Shown: positions 11,725-23,415, numbered from the stretch's first letter. The stretch: 64,000 bases of DNA from an uncultured Actinomycetota bacterium (GCA_963728425.1 CAVSKC010000018.1:7164-71163); one strand, 5' to 3'. Program-made: numbers and translations. Notes: a model not told the origin generated them from the sequence alone.

Positions 11725-13126
11725 CACGTCACCTCCACACATCGTCCCGTGCCCCGGAGCGGACGTGATAGTCGGCGCCGCTCCGATGGCATCGGCACGT
11801 TCGCGCATGCTGGTGAGCCCGAAACCACCAGGGCGACCCGTACGCCGGGTCGAAGCCGCGCCCCGTCGTCACCGACCTGTGAGCCGCCGGTCGGAGAGCG
11901 TGACCCGACGGTCGGGCTGCCGCTGTGCCGGGCCGCGTTCGCCACCGCCTCGCGCGCGATCCGCACCAGCTCCTCGCGGACCGGCGGCGGCACCGTCGAC
12001 CGACTCGTCCAGCGCCAGCTCGACCGGCACGTCGTAGCGGTCGCCCACCTCGATGCACTCGCCCGACGCAGGGCGATGGCCAACGGCTCGTCCGGACGGC
12101 GCGCGACTGGGTCGGATCGCCGCCGCGGCCTCGTCCAGCGCCCGGTCGGCGGCCGCACCGATCGCCTCCGCCGGATGCGGCCCGCGGGCGACAGGTCGGT
12201 CCGGATCCAGCCCAGCTCCTGCAACGACCCCGTCGTGCAGGTCGCGGGCCAGCCGGCGACGCTCGGACTCGACCGCGAACGACGGTCTGGGCCTCCCAGT
12301 AGTCCTGGATCTCGCGCACCGCGCCGACGAGGAGCAGCACGTAGAAGCCGAGCCGCAGCAGGTCGCCGGCGTACAGCCAGTCGGTGTAGAGCGACGGGAA
12401 CAGCAGGTAGTCGACACCGCGCGCCCACGCCGCCGAGCGCGCACGCAGCGCCGAACCAGCCGAGCAGTCGTCGCCGGTCTCGGCTGCGCACGTCGGGTGA
12501 ACACGACGGCCGCGACCGCGTAGCACGACAAGGTCGACCAGCTGCGAGGGCGAAGCACGACCGGGTGACCCTCGAACGACGGCCGTCCCGAGTCCTCGGC
12601 CGACACCGTAACGGCGACGGCGTCCGGCAGGACCGACGCCAGCGCCAGCACGCACGGTGGCCAGACCGCGACCAGCAGCGAACAACCACGCCGACGAGCT
12701 CGCGCCAGGGCCGCGCCACCTGGTGCACGCGCGTGCGCCGGCACCACCGCCGCGGCGAGCGATCAGCAGGGCCCAGCGACCAAGCGGACGACGAGGGCCG
12801 CCCAGCTGCTCGCCGCGCCGCCCCGACGTCCCCGCCGATCAGGTCGGGCAGGGTCACGAAGAACAGGGCGGTCAGGGAGAGCAGAGACATCGCGTAGACG
12901 AGCAGCAGCTCGCTGAGGGCGGAGCTGCGCCGGTAGCGGCCGTAGAGAGGAAGGCCACCAGCGCCGCGACCAGCGTCACGGCCGTCTCGAGAACCAGGTG
13001 CGCGCCGTGGCTGCGGTAGGCGAAGCGCAGCGAGGGCACGACGAGGACCAGCACGGTGACGAGCAGCCCGGCGCACGACGCGACGACGGTGCGCCGCACC
13101 GCGCTCACCCCGAGCTGCTCGATCAC
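11721..13126 (-). CDS. Membrane sensor histidine kinase of the HisKA_3/NarX-like class, partner of the adjacent regulator. It has many frame interruptions.
   Basis: N-terminal TM segments are seen in ORF 12872..13126 (LLVTVLVLVVPSL, AVTLVAALVAFL). The H-box ERRRLARDLHDGV is in ORF 11869..12747. The C-terminal ATPase end is MRERADAIGA..TITSAPGHGT..VEVTW* (ORFs 11536..11808 and 11721..13184). Confidence 0.7.
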
Positions 13127-13259
13127 GTCCTGCCCAACTGTCGCGCGCGGCTCCGGTCACGCCGCTGTGGGAAGAACATCGCATTGCCCGGCGAAAACGT
13201 CACAGCAAGTAGCAGACCCTCACTCCGCGCACGCGGTCGCCGGTGCGAGGATCAAGCGC

Positions 13260-13979
13260 ATGCGCCAGCTGCACCCGACGTACGACGAGAAAGTCGACCC
13301 GATCGTCGCGTACCGCTACCCGAACGACCGACCCTGGCTGCGCGCGAACATGGTGTCGTCGCTGGACGGCTCGGCGGTCCGCGACGGCCGCTCCGAAGGG
13401 CTCTCCAGCGCCGCCGACAAGGAGGTCTTCGGCGTCCTGCGCGGGCTCGCTGACGTCGTCCTCGTCGGCGCCGGCACGGCTCGCACCGAGGGCTACCGCG
13501 CACTCCGACCCAAGGAGGCGTACGCCGGGGTGCGCGCGTCACTGGGTCAGCGACCCGCTCCGGTGCTGGCCCTCGTCTCGGGACGGCTCGACCTCGACCC
13601 GGACTCGCAGTTGTTCCACGGCGGCGCCGAGCGCACCGTCGTCATCACCCACGCCGGTGCCGACCCTGCGGCGCGGGACCGGCTCGCTGCGGTCGCCGAC
13701 GTCGTGGTCGCCGGCGAGCATGCTGTCGACCTGGCGGCTGCGCTCGACACACTGACCGAGCGAGGGTTGGGCCGGGTGCTCTGCGAGGGAGGTCCGTCGT
13801 TGCTTGCTGCGGTCGCCGCCGCCGGTCGGCTGGACGAGCTGTGCCTCACTCTCGCGCCACAGCTGGTGGGTGGTGACGGGCCGCGCGTGGTCAGCGGGCC
13901 GGACCTCGGCGTGTCACTGTCGCTGGCGCATCTCCTCGAGCAGGACAGCGTGCTGCTCACTCGCTACGTCGTCGGCTGA
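13260..13979 (+). CDS. RibD C-terminal domain / dihydrofolate-reductase-family protein (pyrimidine reductase-like), intact.
   Basis: The ATG at 13260 lies within ORF 13056..13979. Motifs: RANMVSSLDGSAVRDGRSEGLSSAADKEVFGVLRGLADVVLVGAGTARTEGY ... VLCEGGPSLLAAV. Confidence 0.8.
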   Translation: MRQLHPTYDEKVDPIVAYRYPNDRPWLRANMVSSLDGSAVRDGRSEGLSSAADKEVFGVLRGLADVVLVGAGTARTEGYRALRPKEAYAGVRASLGQRPAPVLALVSGRLDLDPDSQLFHGGAERTVVITHAGADPAARDRLAAVADVVVAGEHAVDLAAALDTLTERGLGRVLCEGGPSLLAAVAAAGRLDELCLTLAPQLVGGDGPRVVSGPDLGVSLSLAHLLEQDSVLLTRYVVG

Positions 13980-14002
13980 CCCTCGCCACGGAGAGCGCGC
14001 TG

Positions 14003-16440
14003 CTACGCGACCCGCCACCCGTCGACCACGACCATGTTTCCGGTCGCAGCGGCCCGGTGCCGTCCCAGGACCTTGACCCGGATCGTGTGCACGGTGTCGG
14101 AAAGGCCAGTGAACGACCTGCCGACCTTGAACTTCGCCGTGGCCGACCAGCTGTCCACCCGACGCACCCGCTTGCCGTCGATGAAGACCGCAGCCTTGCC
14201 GAACGCGGGGCCGGTGGCGCTGATCCAGGTGACGCCGGTGCCCCGGAACCGGAAGGTGGTCGAGGCGCCGGCGAGGTCGTCCCGAACGAAGGCGCCGCCG
14301 GATGCCTTGGCGCTGGTGCCGCGTGGCCAGGTCAGCCGGAGCGACGGGCTGGCCGTCATCGTCGTACCGACCTTGAAGCCGTCCACGACGACCTGCGTGT
14401 CCGTCGCACTCTTCGCGCCCTTACGGCCGAGGACGACGATCTTGACGGTGTGCGTTCCCGCGGACAGGCCCGAGACGGTGCGGGCCACCTTCCAGTGCGC
14501 GCCGGCCGCGTAGTTGTTGACCGCGCGCTTCTTCACCCCGTCGACCCACACCTGCGCCCGGCCCGAGCGGGGCCCGGTCGCGGTGACCCAGGTAACTGCC
14601 GTTCCGGTGAAGGACCAGGACGCGGTCGCGCCAGCCCGGTGCTCGACGACGTACGAGCCGCCGAGCGCCTTCGTCGTCGCCACCCGCTTCCAGCGGTACG
14701 ACGCCGCAGCGCTCCACTCCTGGTTCAGCAGCGCGCCACGGAACGCGGTGGTCTTGGTGGCGGCCGGGTTGCCCGCGATGTCGGTCAACGTGGCCGCGCC
14801 GGCGGGGTTCACCACCACCTCGTAGTGCTGTCCGGGCACCAGCGGCGCCGCCGGTGTCAGGGTGGCCGACCGGATGTTGGTGGCGTCACAGGCGACGGCG
14901 ACCTTGGCAGCGTCGGCGCACGCGAGCGTCGACGGGATCGCGGCGCCACCCACCGGGCGGAGCAGCACGGAAGAGGTGGTGAGCCCGGTGACCGCCTCGT
15001 TCATCGCCAGCCGCACCGGGCCCGACAGGGTGGTCGAGCCGGTGACGGTCACGACAGGAGGTGTCGTGTCGACGGTCCAGCTGATCGAGGTGGCAGCAGT
15101 GTTGCCGGCCAGGTCGCTCTCGGTTGCGCGATAGGTGTGCGTGCCCTGGGCGAGCCCGGTCAGCGCTACCGGCGAGGTGCACGACGCGGCGGCACCGTCC
15201 AGGGTGCAGCTGAGGGCGTCACCGATGGCAGATGCCAGGACGGTCAGCGTCGCGCTGGTCGACGCCACCAGACCGGAGGGCCCGAGCACGACCGGTGCGC
15301 GCGGCGGGACCGTGTCGACCGTCCAGCCGTGGCGCAGGACGATCTGGTTGGGAAGACCTGCGTCTAGCGGTCACCGTGAAGTGTGTGCACCCGTTCGCGA
15401 GACCGACCACGGTCGGCGCACTAGTGGCGCCGCAGCCGGCGACCGGGGCCGAGTCCAGCGCGCAGGCGACGGTGGTCGCGCCGGTCGTGGCATAGGCGAA
15501 GGTGCCGGTCGTCGCGGAGGTGTTGGCCGCCGGCAGGGCGGCCGGGTTCGTCCAGTCGCAGGGTGACCGCCAGGCTCGGGCACCACGTGCCAGGTGTACG
15601 TCGCCGAGTCCGCCGTGTTGCCGTTGCTGTCCGTCGCCCGGACCTTGAACGTGTGGGTGCCGAGGCCGAGGCTGCTGTAGACCTTGCCGGTGGTGCACGC
15701 GGTGAACGGCGAACCGTCCAGCGAGCAGCCGAACGAGACGGCGCCCTCGCTGCTGGCAAAGGTGAACGTGGCACCAGTCGCTGTGGTCGGGTCCGAGGGC
15801 CCGTCGTTGACGACCGGGACCGGGGTGAGTGAGTCGCGGTACCAGAAGCCGGTGCCAGCGGTGCTGGTGTTGCCGGCGCGGTCGACGGCAGTTACTGCGT
15901 AGGTGTGCAGCCCCTCGGCCGAGGCAGTCACCGACTGAGGGCTCGAGCAGGTGGTGGCCGCTCCCCCGTCGAGGCTGCACAGGTAGTGGTCGACGTCGGT
16001 CGACGTGCTGTTGAAGCGCACTGTCACGGTCGCCGACGACGTCGGGCTCGACGGGGACGTCACCGTCGGCTGGGCCGGCGGCGTCGACGTCGACTGTCCA
16101 GGTGAGGCTGGCCTCGTTGCTCTGCCGGAGCGTCGGGCTCTTGGCGCGGACCCGGAAGGTGTGGCTGCCCTCGGCGAGGTTCTGGTAGGTCACCGGGCTG
16201 GTGCAGGCCCTCGCCGGCGCCCGCGTCCAGCCGGCAGGTAAACGTCGCGTCGGTGCGGCTGTCGGTGAAGCTGAGCGTCGCGGTCCGGGAGGCCACGAAG
16301 GCTGCCGGCCCGGTGATCTGGGGCGTCGGCGTGATCGGCTTCGGCTTGGCCGAGGACATCCCCGGCGCACTCAGCAGAACCGCCAAGACGATCCCCCCGG
16401 TCAGCACGCCACGTGCGGCCGACTTGATCCCTGCAGACAT
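14003..16440 (-). CDS. Secreted multi-domain protein with a signal peptide, about 5 Ig-like domains and two tandem ~125-aa beta-sandwich (carbohydrate-binding-like) C-terminal domains. Frame-interrupted.
   Basis: Start MSAGIKSAARGVLTGGIVLAVLLSAPGMSSA at 16440. The motif F.C.LDG......C.SP..L..G.HTF.V.A.D.AGN......W.VD recurs (HTFRVRAK, HTYAVTAVDRAGNTS, HTFKVRATDSNGNTA, HTYRATESDLAGNTA). ORF 14003..15289 holds two copies of W.FTGT.VTW..ATGP..G.A.V..DG......D.Y....K..R...GLS...HT..I.VLG. Confidence 0.6.
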
Positions 16441-16608
16441 GACAACCCTCCGGATTGACCCACCCCGAGCCGTCGGAAGTGTCGCGTGTCCGGGTTCGTC
16501 TCGGCCGCAGGCGCGCCGGATGGTCGTTCCTGTGGACGGCTGGATCCACTGTCCACAATCAGTTCTCGAGGCCGGGTTGTGTCCGGGGTGGTCGGTAGTC
16601 TTTCGAAC

Positions 16609-18118
16609 ATGTATTCGACCGTCGAGCCGCCGCCGGTGGACCCGATGCCGCCGGTGCCCGCGGTGCCCGCGGTGCAGCATCCGGTGCACGGGGCGGTCGA
16701 CGCGGTGCACGACGCGTTGGACCTGCTCACCACCGCGGACCTGGACGCTGCTGGCGTCGGAGGACCTGCGGCTGCTGACCGGCCGGCTGCTGCAGGTCGG
16801 GCACCGGGTCGAGGCGGCCACCCTGCGGCTGGTGCACGAGATCGACCGGCGCGGGGTCGCGGTGGAGCGGGGCCGGACCTCGACCGCCGCCTGGCTGCGG
16901 GCCGCGCACCGGCTGCACCCGGCCACCGCGACCCGGCTGGTCCGGACCGCCAAGGCGCTGCACGACGACCCGGCCGGCCCGCTGGTCGGCCATCCCGACG
17001 ACGGGGTGACCCGGCCCCGGCAGGGGCTGCGGGACGCCTTCGCCGCCGGCCAGGTCTCCGCCGAGCACGTCGCGGTGATCACCACCGCGGTCGCCGCGCT
17101 GCCCGACACCGTCGATCCCGTCGTTCGAATGGACGCCGAGACCGCACTGGTGCAGGCCGCCGCCGCCCACGACCCGAAGACCCTCGCGCACATCGGCACC
17201 CACCTGCGCCACACCCTGGACGACACCGGCGGGCAGGACCTGGCCGAGACGGAAGCCCACCAGGTCGCCACCCGCGAGCTGCAGGTCCGGCTGCAGAACG
17301 ACGGCTCCTCGGTGGTCCGCGGCCGCCTCGACCCCGAGCTCACCGCCGCCCTGTGCTCCCAGCTCACCCCGCTGGCCGCACCCCGCCCCGCCACCGACGG
17401 CCACCGCGACCTGCGCACCCCGGCCCAACGCAACGCCGACGCCCTGGCCGAGCTGCTGCGCCGCTACGCCGCCGCCGACCTGTCCCCCACCAGCCACGGC
17501 GCCGCCGCCACCATCACCGTCACCATGACCCTGGACACCCTGCAACAACGCGCCGGGGCACCCGCCGCCAACCTGGACTGGTGCGGCCCGATCTCCGCCG
17601 GCACCGCCCGCCGGATCGCCTGCGACGCCCGGATCATCCCCGTCCTGCTCGGCAGCAACGGCGAACCCCTCGACGTCGGCCGCTCCTCCTACCCGGTCAC
17701 CCAGGCCATCTGGCGGGCCCTGGTCGCCCGCGACGGCGGCTGCGCCTTCGCCGGCTGCGACCGGCCACCGGAATGGACCCAGGCCCACCACCGGATCCCC
17801 TGGGAAGACTTCGGCGAGACCTCCACCGAGAACTGCTGCCTGCTCTGCGACTTCCACCACCGCGTCGTCCACCACGACGGCTGGGACGTCGCCCTGATCG
17901 ACGGCGCCATCCACGTCATCCCACCACCCTGGATCGACTCCACCCGCACCCCCCGCCGCAACACCCAACGAGCCGCCCTCGCCACCCTGGCCGACCTGAC
18001 CCTGCTCGGCCTCCCCGACCCGGACCCACCAGACCCGGATCCACCAGACCCGGATCCACCTGACGCCGATCCGGCCAGTCACGATCCGGCCGACCCTCAT
18101 CTGTCGGACCCGGCATGA
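16609..18118 (+). CDS. DUF222 plus HNH endonuclease (mycobacterial REP13E12-type protein). One frameshift near 16745. The C-terminus is a PDPDPP low-complexity tail.
   Basis: Start MYSTVEPPP at 16609. The DUF222 body is LRLVHEIDRRGVAVERGRTSTAAWLRAAHRL..AEHVAVI. The HNH core is GGCAFAGCDRPPEWTQAHHRIPWEDFGETSTENCCLLCDFHHRVVHHDGW (ORF 16253..18118). Confidence 0.85.
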
Positions 18119-19196
18119 TGGCTGGCGTGCGCCTGCCCGTGATGCCCCCCGTCGGCCCGATGCTCGCCAAGTCGGTCAAGGCGATCCCGACCGGTGACTA
18201 CCTGTACGAGCCGAAGTGGGACGGCTTCCGGTGCATCGTGTTCCGCGACGGCGACGAGGTCGAGCTGACCAGCCGCGGCGAGAAGCCGCTCACCCGCTAC
18301 TTCCCCGAGGTGGTCGAGGCGCTGCGCGCCAACCTGCCGCACCGCTGCGTGGTCGACGGGGAGGTGGTCATCGCCACCGGCGACCGGCTCGACTTCGAGG
18401 CGCTGCTGCAGCGCATCCACCCGGCCAAGTCGCGGGTCGACAAGCTCGCCGAGGAGACCCCGGCGTCGTTCGTCGCCTTCGACCTGCTGGCGGTCGACGA
18501 CGAGTCGCTGCTGTCGACGCCGTTCGGGGAGCGCCGCGCCCGGCTCGAGCAGGTCATGTCGCTGGCCGACAGTCCCGGTGTACATGACCCCGTCGACCGA
18601 CGACCCGGCTGTCGCGCAGCAGTGGTTCGAGGTGTTCGAGGGCGCCGGGCTCGACGGCGTGGTGGCCAAGCCGACCACCGGCACGCTACCAGCCCGACGT
18701 CCGCGCCATGGCCAAGGTCAAGCACGAGCGCACCGCCGACTGCGTCGTGGCGGGCTACCGCTGGCACAAGTCCGGCGGGGTGGTCGGGCTCGCTGCTGCT
18801 CGGCCTCTACGACGACGACGGGCACGCTGCAGCACGTCGGGGTCTCGGCGTCCTTCACCATGAAGCGCCGGGCCGAGCTGGTCGACGAGCTCGCGCCGTA
18901 CGCCGTGGACGACGTGTCCGGCCACCCCTGGGCCGCCTGGGCCGAGGCCGAGGCGCACGAGAAGGGCCGGCTGCCGGGCGCCGTCAGCCGCTGGAACGCC
19001 AGCAAGGACCTGTCCTGGGTGCCGCTGCGACCCGACCTCGTCGTCGAGGTGAAGTTACGACCACATGGAGGGCACCCGGTTCCGGCACACCGCCCACTGG
19101 AAGCGCTGGCGGCCGGACCGCGACCCGCAGTCCTGCACCTACGAGCAGATCGACCGCCCCGTACGCTTCGACCTGGCCGAGATCCTGGGCGCCTAG
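18115..19196 (+). CDS. ligC: ATP-dependent DNA ligase of the LigC type (adenylation plus OB domains), frame-interrupted.
   Basis: N-terminus MMAGVRLPVMPPVGPMLAKSV. Motif I is YEPKWDGFRCIVFRDGDEVELTSRG. Later pieces are DGVVAKP, VKHERTADCVVAGYRWHK, LLLGLYDDDGTLQHVGVSASF and MEGTRFRHTAHWKRWRPDRDPQSCTYEQI, with the stop at 19194-19196. ORFs 18115..19734 and 18578..19387. Confidence 0.85.
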
Positions 19197-19255
19197 CCTC
19201 CGCAGCGTCCGGCCAGGACCGCGCCGCCGACCGCCGTACGACCCGAAGGGCCCTC

Positions 19256-19734
19256 GTGTACACGATCCTGCTGCTCACCGAGACGACCTTGCGCGAGCAC
19301 GACGTCCAACGCATCGCCCAGCTGCACGGCACGAGGAGGTCAGCGTCCACCTGCTCGTCCCGGCCGACGCCGAGCACAACCGGCTGATCGAGGCGCTCGA
19401 CGAGATCGCGCTCGGCCGGCTCCGGGACGCCCTGGACGACGATGACGACCAGACGCCGCAGCAGGCGGAGCAGGACGCCATGCACGCGGTCAACGCCTCG
19501 GTCGACCTGCTCGCCGCCGCCGGGCTGTCGGCGCACGGCTCGGTGACCGGCTCCGACCCGGTCCCCGCCGCCGTCGAGGCGGCCGGGCTCGACGACTCCG
19601 ACGAGATCATCGTGGTGACCCCGCCGCACCTGGTCGAGGAGGCCCTGCACCGCGACTGGGCCTCCCGGCTGCGCGACGAGCTGGCGCTGCCGGTGCTGCA
19701 CGTCGTGTCCGGCACCGACCGCGTGATCAGCTGA
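19256..19734 (+). CDS. Acidic hypothetical protein of about 159 aa with a USP/Rossmann-like pattern. One frameshift.
   Basis: VYTILLLTETTLREHDVQRIAQLHG (frame of ORF 18578..19387) joins VSVHLLVPADAEHNRLIEALDEI...DEIIVVTPPHLVEEALHRDWASRLRDELALPVLHVV (the end of ORF 18115..19734). GC3 is high in both pieces. Confidence 0.45.
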
Positions 19735-19862
19735 CCGCAGCGGTCGACCCGCCGGAGGTGGCCAAACCGGGCCAAAGCCGACCAGCCCCGGCCGACCGTG
19801 ACGGATACTTGACCAGGCCTGATCTCGAATGCTCGCCGATCCGCCACCACTTGGGGACCTAC

Positions 19863-22710
19863 ATGCCCGCGACCGGACCCACCCGGGCCGCTGTCAGCAC
19901 GCTGCTCGCCGCGCTGCTCGCGCTCGCGGTCATGCCCGCCACCGGCGGCACGGCCGCGGCCTCGGCCGCGCAACCGGGCCGGGCGACCGTGCGCCTGGTG
20001 GTCGGGACGTTGCCGGGCGCCGCCGCAGCCGTCACCCGCGCTGCGGAGGCGGCCGGCGCGACCAGGACCGGGCACGTCCGGGCCCTGCACTCGGTGTCCT
20101 TCGAGGTGCCCGCCGCCGACACGGCCGCCGGCTGCGCGACCGGCTGTCTGCCCGCGCGGACGTGACCTCGGTCGGCGTCGCCCACCGCCGGTGGTTCGAC
20201 GACGAGCCCGCCGACCCCAAGTTCGGCGAGCAGCGCAACTACCTCGCGCGCCCTCGGCCTGCCGGCCACCTGGGACCGCGGCGCGACCGGCAGCGCGGAC
20301 GGTCCGGATCGCCGATCGTCGACTCCGGCGTCGACGTGCGCCACCCCGACCTCGCGGGCAAGGTCGTCGGCACCTACAACGCCGTCAGCCGGCGGCACCG
20401 ACGTCCACGACGTCGTCGGCCACGGCACCGGGACGGCGAGCGTGGCGGCGGCCGCGACCGGCAACGGCGTCGGCATCGCCGGCGCCGGGCGCGACACCAG
20501 CCTGCTCGCCGTCAAGGTCGCCGACGTGACCGGCCGGATCTTCACCGACGACCTGGCTGCCGGCATCGTCTGGGCGGTCGACCACGGCGCCGACGTCGTC
20601 AACCTCAGCCTCGGCGGCCCGACCTCCGACCGGCTGGAGAGGCCGCCGTCGCCTACGCCGAGGCGCACGACGTGCTGGTGGTCGCCGCCGCCGGCAACGA
20701 GGGCAGCGTCGGCCAAGCAGTTCCCGGCAGCTCTCCCCGGCGTCGTCGCGGTCGGCGCCACCTCCAGCAACGGCGCCGTCCGGGCGCCGTTCTCCAGCTT
20801 CGGCTCGTGGGTCGACCTGGCCGCTCCCGGTCGTTCGATCGTCGTGGCCACCCCCGGCGGGGGCTACGAGGTGGCCGACGGGACGTCGTACTCCGCTCCT
20901 CTGGTCTCCGGCGCCGCGGCGCTGCTGGCCGCCTACCGGCCCGGCCGCACCGCCGCCGACCTGCAGCAGGCGCTCGTCGGAGCGGCGCCGACACGGCCCG
21001 GATCGGCTTCGCCCACGGCCTGCTGCACGTCGACCGCGCGCTCGACTTCCTGCCGCCGGGAACGGCACCGGCGATCTCCGGCACCTGCGGACGGCGCGGT
21101 CGTCAGCGGCGCCATGACGGTCTCCGTCATCGAGCACCGCTCCCCGGGTGCGGCTCGGCCTCGGCGACCTGGCGCAGAACGTCGCCGTCTCGGGCGGTGT
21201 CGCGAGCGCGACCTTCCCGACGTACGGCCTCGGTGGCCGCCAGCCGGTCACCGCCGCCGACTGCAGCGTCGATCGACCAGTGCGAGGGACCCGGCGACCG
21301 TCGCGGTGACCGTCGACAACCCGGCACCCGCGCTCACCGCACCGGTGCCCGGCCAGGAGGTGCGCGGCGACACGCTTGCCGCGACGGCGGACGCACCCGC
21401 CGGCGCGACCGTCCGGTTCGCGGTCGACGGCGCAGCCAGCGGGCCCGGCGTCGCCACCGACACCACGGCGCCGTATGCGGTCACGTTGGACACCGAGGGT
21501 CTCGGGGACGGCCTCCACACCGTGCGCGCCTACCTCTGCCGCGACGCCGTCACCTGCGACGGGACCCGGGCCGGCGAGGCGGCTGTCACGGTCGCCCGCC
21601 TGCACCCGGGGATCGTGTCGGTGTCCCCGTCCGCCATCAGCCCGAACGGCGACGGCCGGCGCGACAGCACGAAGGTCACCTACCGCCTCGACCGCAGCCA
21701 GACACCGACACTGCAGGTGCGGAACCCGTTCGGCGAGGTCATCTATCGCAAGGCGCTCGGCCGCCAGGACGCCGGCCAGCATGTCGCGACCTGGACCGGC
21801 CGGCGCTCGGACGGGCACGTGGTGGCCGACGGCACGTTCGCCGTCCAGGTGTCGACCGTGGACGGTGACCTGCAGGGCCTGACCAGCCGGGCCGTGGTCG
21901 TCGACCGCACCTCCCCGGCATTGCGCGGGGTGCACGCCGCGTCGGCGCGCGTCCTTCCGGTCGACGACGGCTACCTCGACACCGTCGCCGTCTCGGGCAC
22001 GACGCGCGAGCCTCTGGGCCGGCTGCAGCTCGAGATCGCCACCCGCAGCGGCACCCCGGTCCGCACCATCGGGAAACGCTCCCACCCGGCCGGACCGGTG
22101 GCGATCGGGTGGAACGGCCGGCGGGCCGGCGGCCAGCTCGTGCCCGGCACCTACCGGGTGCGGTTCGTGGCCGAGGACCTCGCGGGCAACCGGTCCAGGT
22201 CGAAGGCCCGCACGGTCACGGTGTCGTCGCAGCGCCTGGTGCGGCAGAAGGGCTCGACCACGGTGACCGCGCGCGGCTCGCTGCAGCAGACCTTCGAGGA
22301 CCCCTGCTCGCAGGTCTTCCGGCGCACCACCGGCAAGCACGACGACTGGGTCGAGCTACGCCGCCTCCTCGATCTGCACGTCCGGCGACGCCTTCGCCGC
22401 GGCCGACCACCAGGTGCGCCTGCCCGAGGCGATCCGCTACGGCACGGTGCGCGTCTCGGCGTACGGCGGCCGCGGCGACCCGCGCTACCGCGACTCGGCG
22501 AAGATCGTCTACTACGACAGCCTGCAGAACCTGAGCGACCACACCGTCCGGCTCGGCCCCTCGATCGGCACCTACGGCGGCAAGGCCGTCAAGGCCACGC
22601 CGCTGCTCATCCGGTCGCGGGTGCTGCGCTGGATGACGCTCACCACCGGGGTCGCGTGGTACGACGTGCGGTCCTACCGGATCGACTTCACCTACTACGT
22701 CCTGCGCTGA
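19863..22710 (+). CDS. Secreted S8 subtilisin-like protease with a long C-terminal extension containing FlgD-Ig-like / Ig-like domains. Frame-interrupted.
   Basis: Signal peptide MPATGPTRAAVSTLLAALLALAVMPATGGTAAASA. Catalytic motifs are IVDSGVDVRHPDLAGKV (Asp), VGHGTGTASVAAA (His) and DGTSYSAPLVSGAAALL (Ser). The extension has ISPNGDGRRDSTKVTYRL...ATWTGRRSDGHVVADGTF and a second similar module. The C-terminus is ...VAWYDVRSYRIDFTYYVLR* (ORFs 19758..20165, 20442..23279 and 22414..22710). Confidence 0.85.
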
Positions 22711-22730
22711 CGCACCGCACCCGCACGCAT

Positions 22731-22761
22731 GGCGCCCCCGGCCGATGTGGCCGGGGGCGCC
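22731..22761. terminator. Strong bidirectional stem-loop between convergent genes.
   Basis: GGCGCCCCCGGCC (22731-22743), loop GATGT, GGCCGGGGGCGCC (22749-22761). This is a perfect 13-bp stem followed by GTGGTTGTG. It lies between the stop at 22710 (+) and the stop at 22806 (-). Confidence 0.7.
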
Positions 22762-22805
22762 GTGGTTGTGCGCAGACTGCGGTCGTGCGGGTACGGTCGT
22801 CCTGG

Positions 22806-23415
22806 TTACGCCTGCAGGATGCCGAGGATGGCGTTGAGCAGGTTGGTGAGGATGCCGCTCAGGCCGCCGATGCCGGTGCCGTCGAGCAGGCCGACCACGG
22901 CGCAGAGCAGGTTGCCGAGCAGGGCGCCGGCGCCGGGGACGGCGGTGATGTCGAGCACGACCTTGTCCAGGTGCACCACCAGGCCGAGCAGGTCGAGGTC
23001 CAGCGGGCCGAGGACCAGGTGCAGGATGTCGCAGCTGACCGCCGAGGTGCCGGCGGTCGAGGACGTGGTCGGCAGCGCCGAGGTGGCGTTGGCGGCCCGG
23101 GTGGCCTGCATGTTCACCGGCATCCGGACCCGGCCGGCGAAGTCCTGGGTGGCGCCGCTCTTCTTGGTCAGGGTGCCGGAGAGCCGGCCGACCGCCTTCA
23201 GGTGACCGTTGCGGTCGACGAACTTGATCACCTTGTACTTGCCGGCGAAGGTCGCGCCCTTGTTCGGTGTGGCCGGTGACCTTGCTGGTCTTCAGCGTCC
23301 CGAACTCGTTGGTGATGCTCTGGGCCGAGGCGGCCTGGGCACCGCCACCGCCCACCAGGGCGACGACAGCGAGGCTGACCGAGGCGGCCAGCAGCTTGGT
23401 GGTACGTCCGAACAT
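22806..23415 (-). CDS. Small secreted hypothetical protein of about 200 aa with a Leu/Gly-rich hydrophobic C-terminal third. One frameshift near 23270.
   Basis: The signal peptide MFGRTTKLLAASVSLAVVALVGGGGAQAASA (start 23415, in ORF 22216..24210) joins ORF 22806..23231: ...IKFVDRNGHLKAVGRLSGTL...LDLDLLGLVVHLDKVVLDITAVPGAGALLGNLLCAVVGLLDGTGIGGLSGILTNLLNAILGILQA*. Confidence 0.45.

Noticed and set aside
16060-18100. Minus-strand ORFs 16060..17433 and 16727..18100 (457 aa each).
   Set aside because: They are antisense to the DUF222-HNH gene. Only the first ~30 codons at about 16440 are real, giving the signal peptide of the Ig-like protein.
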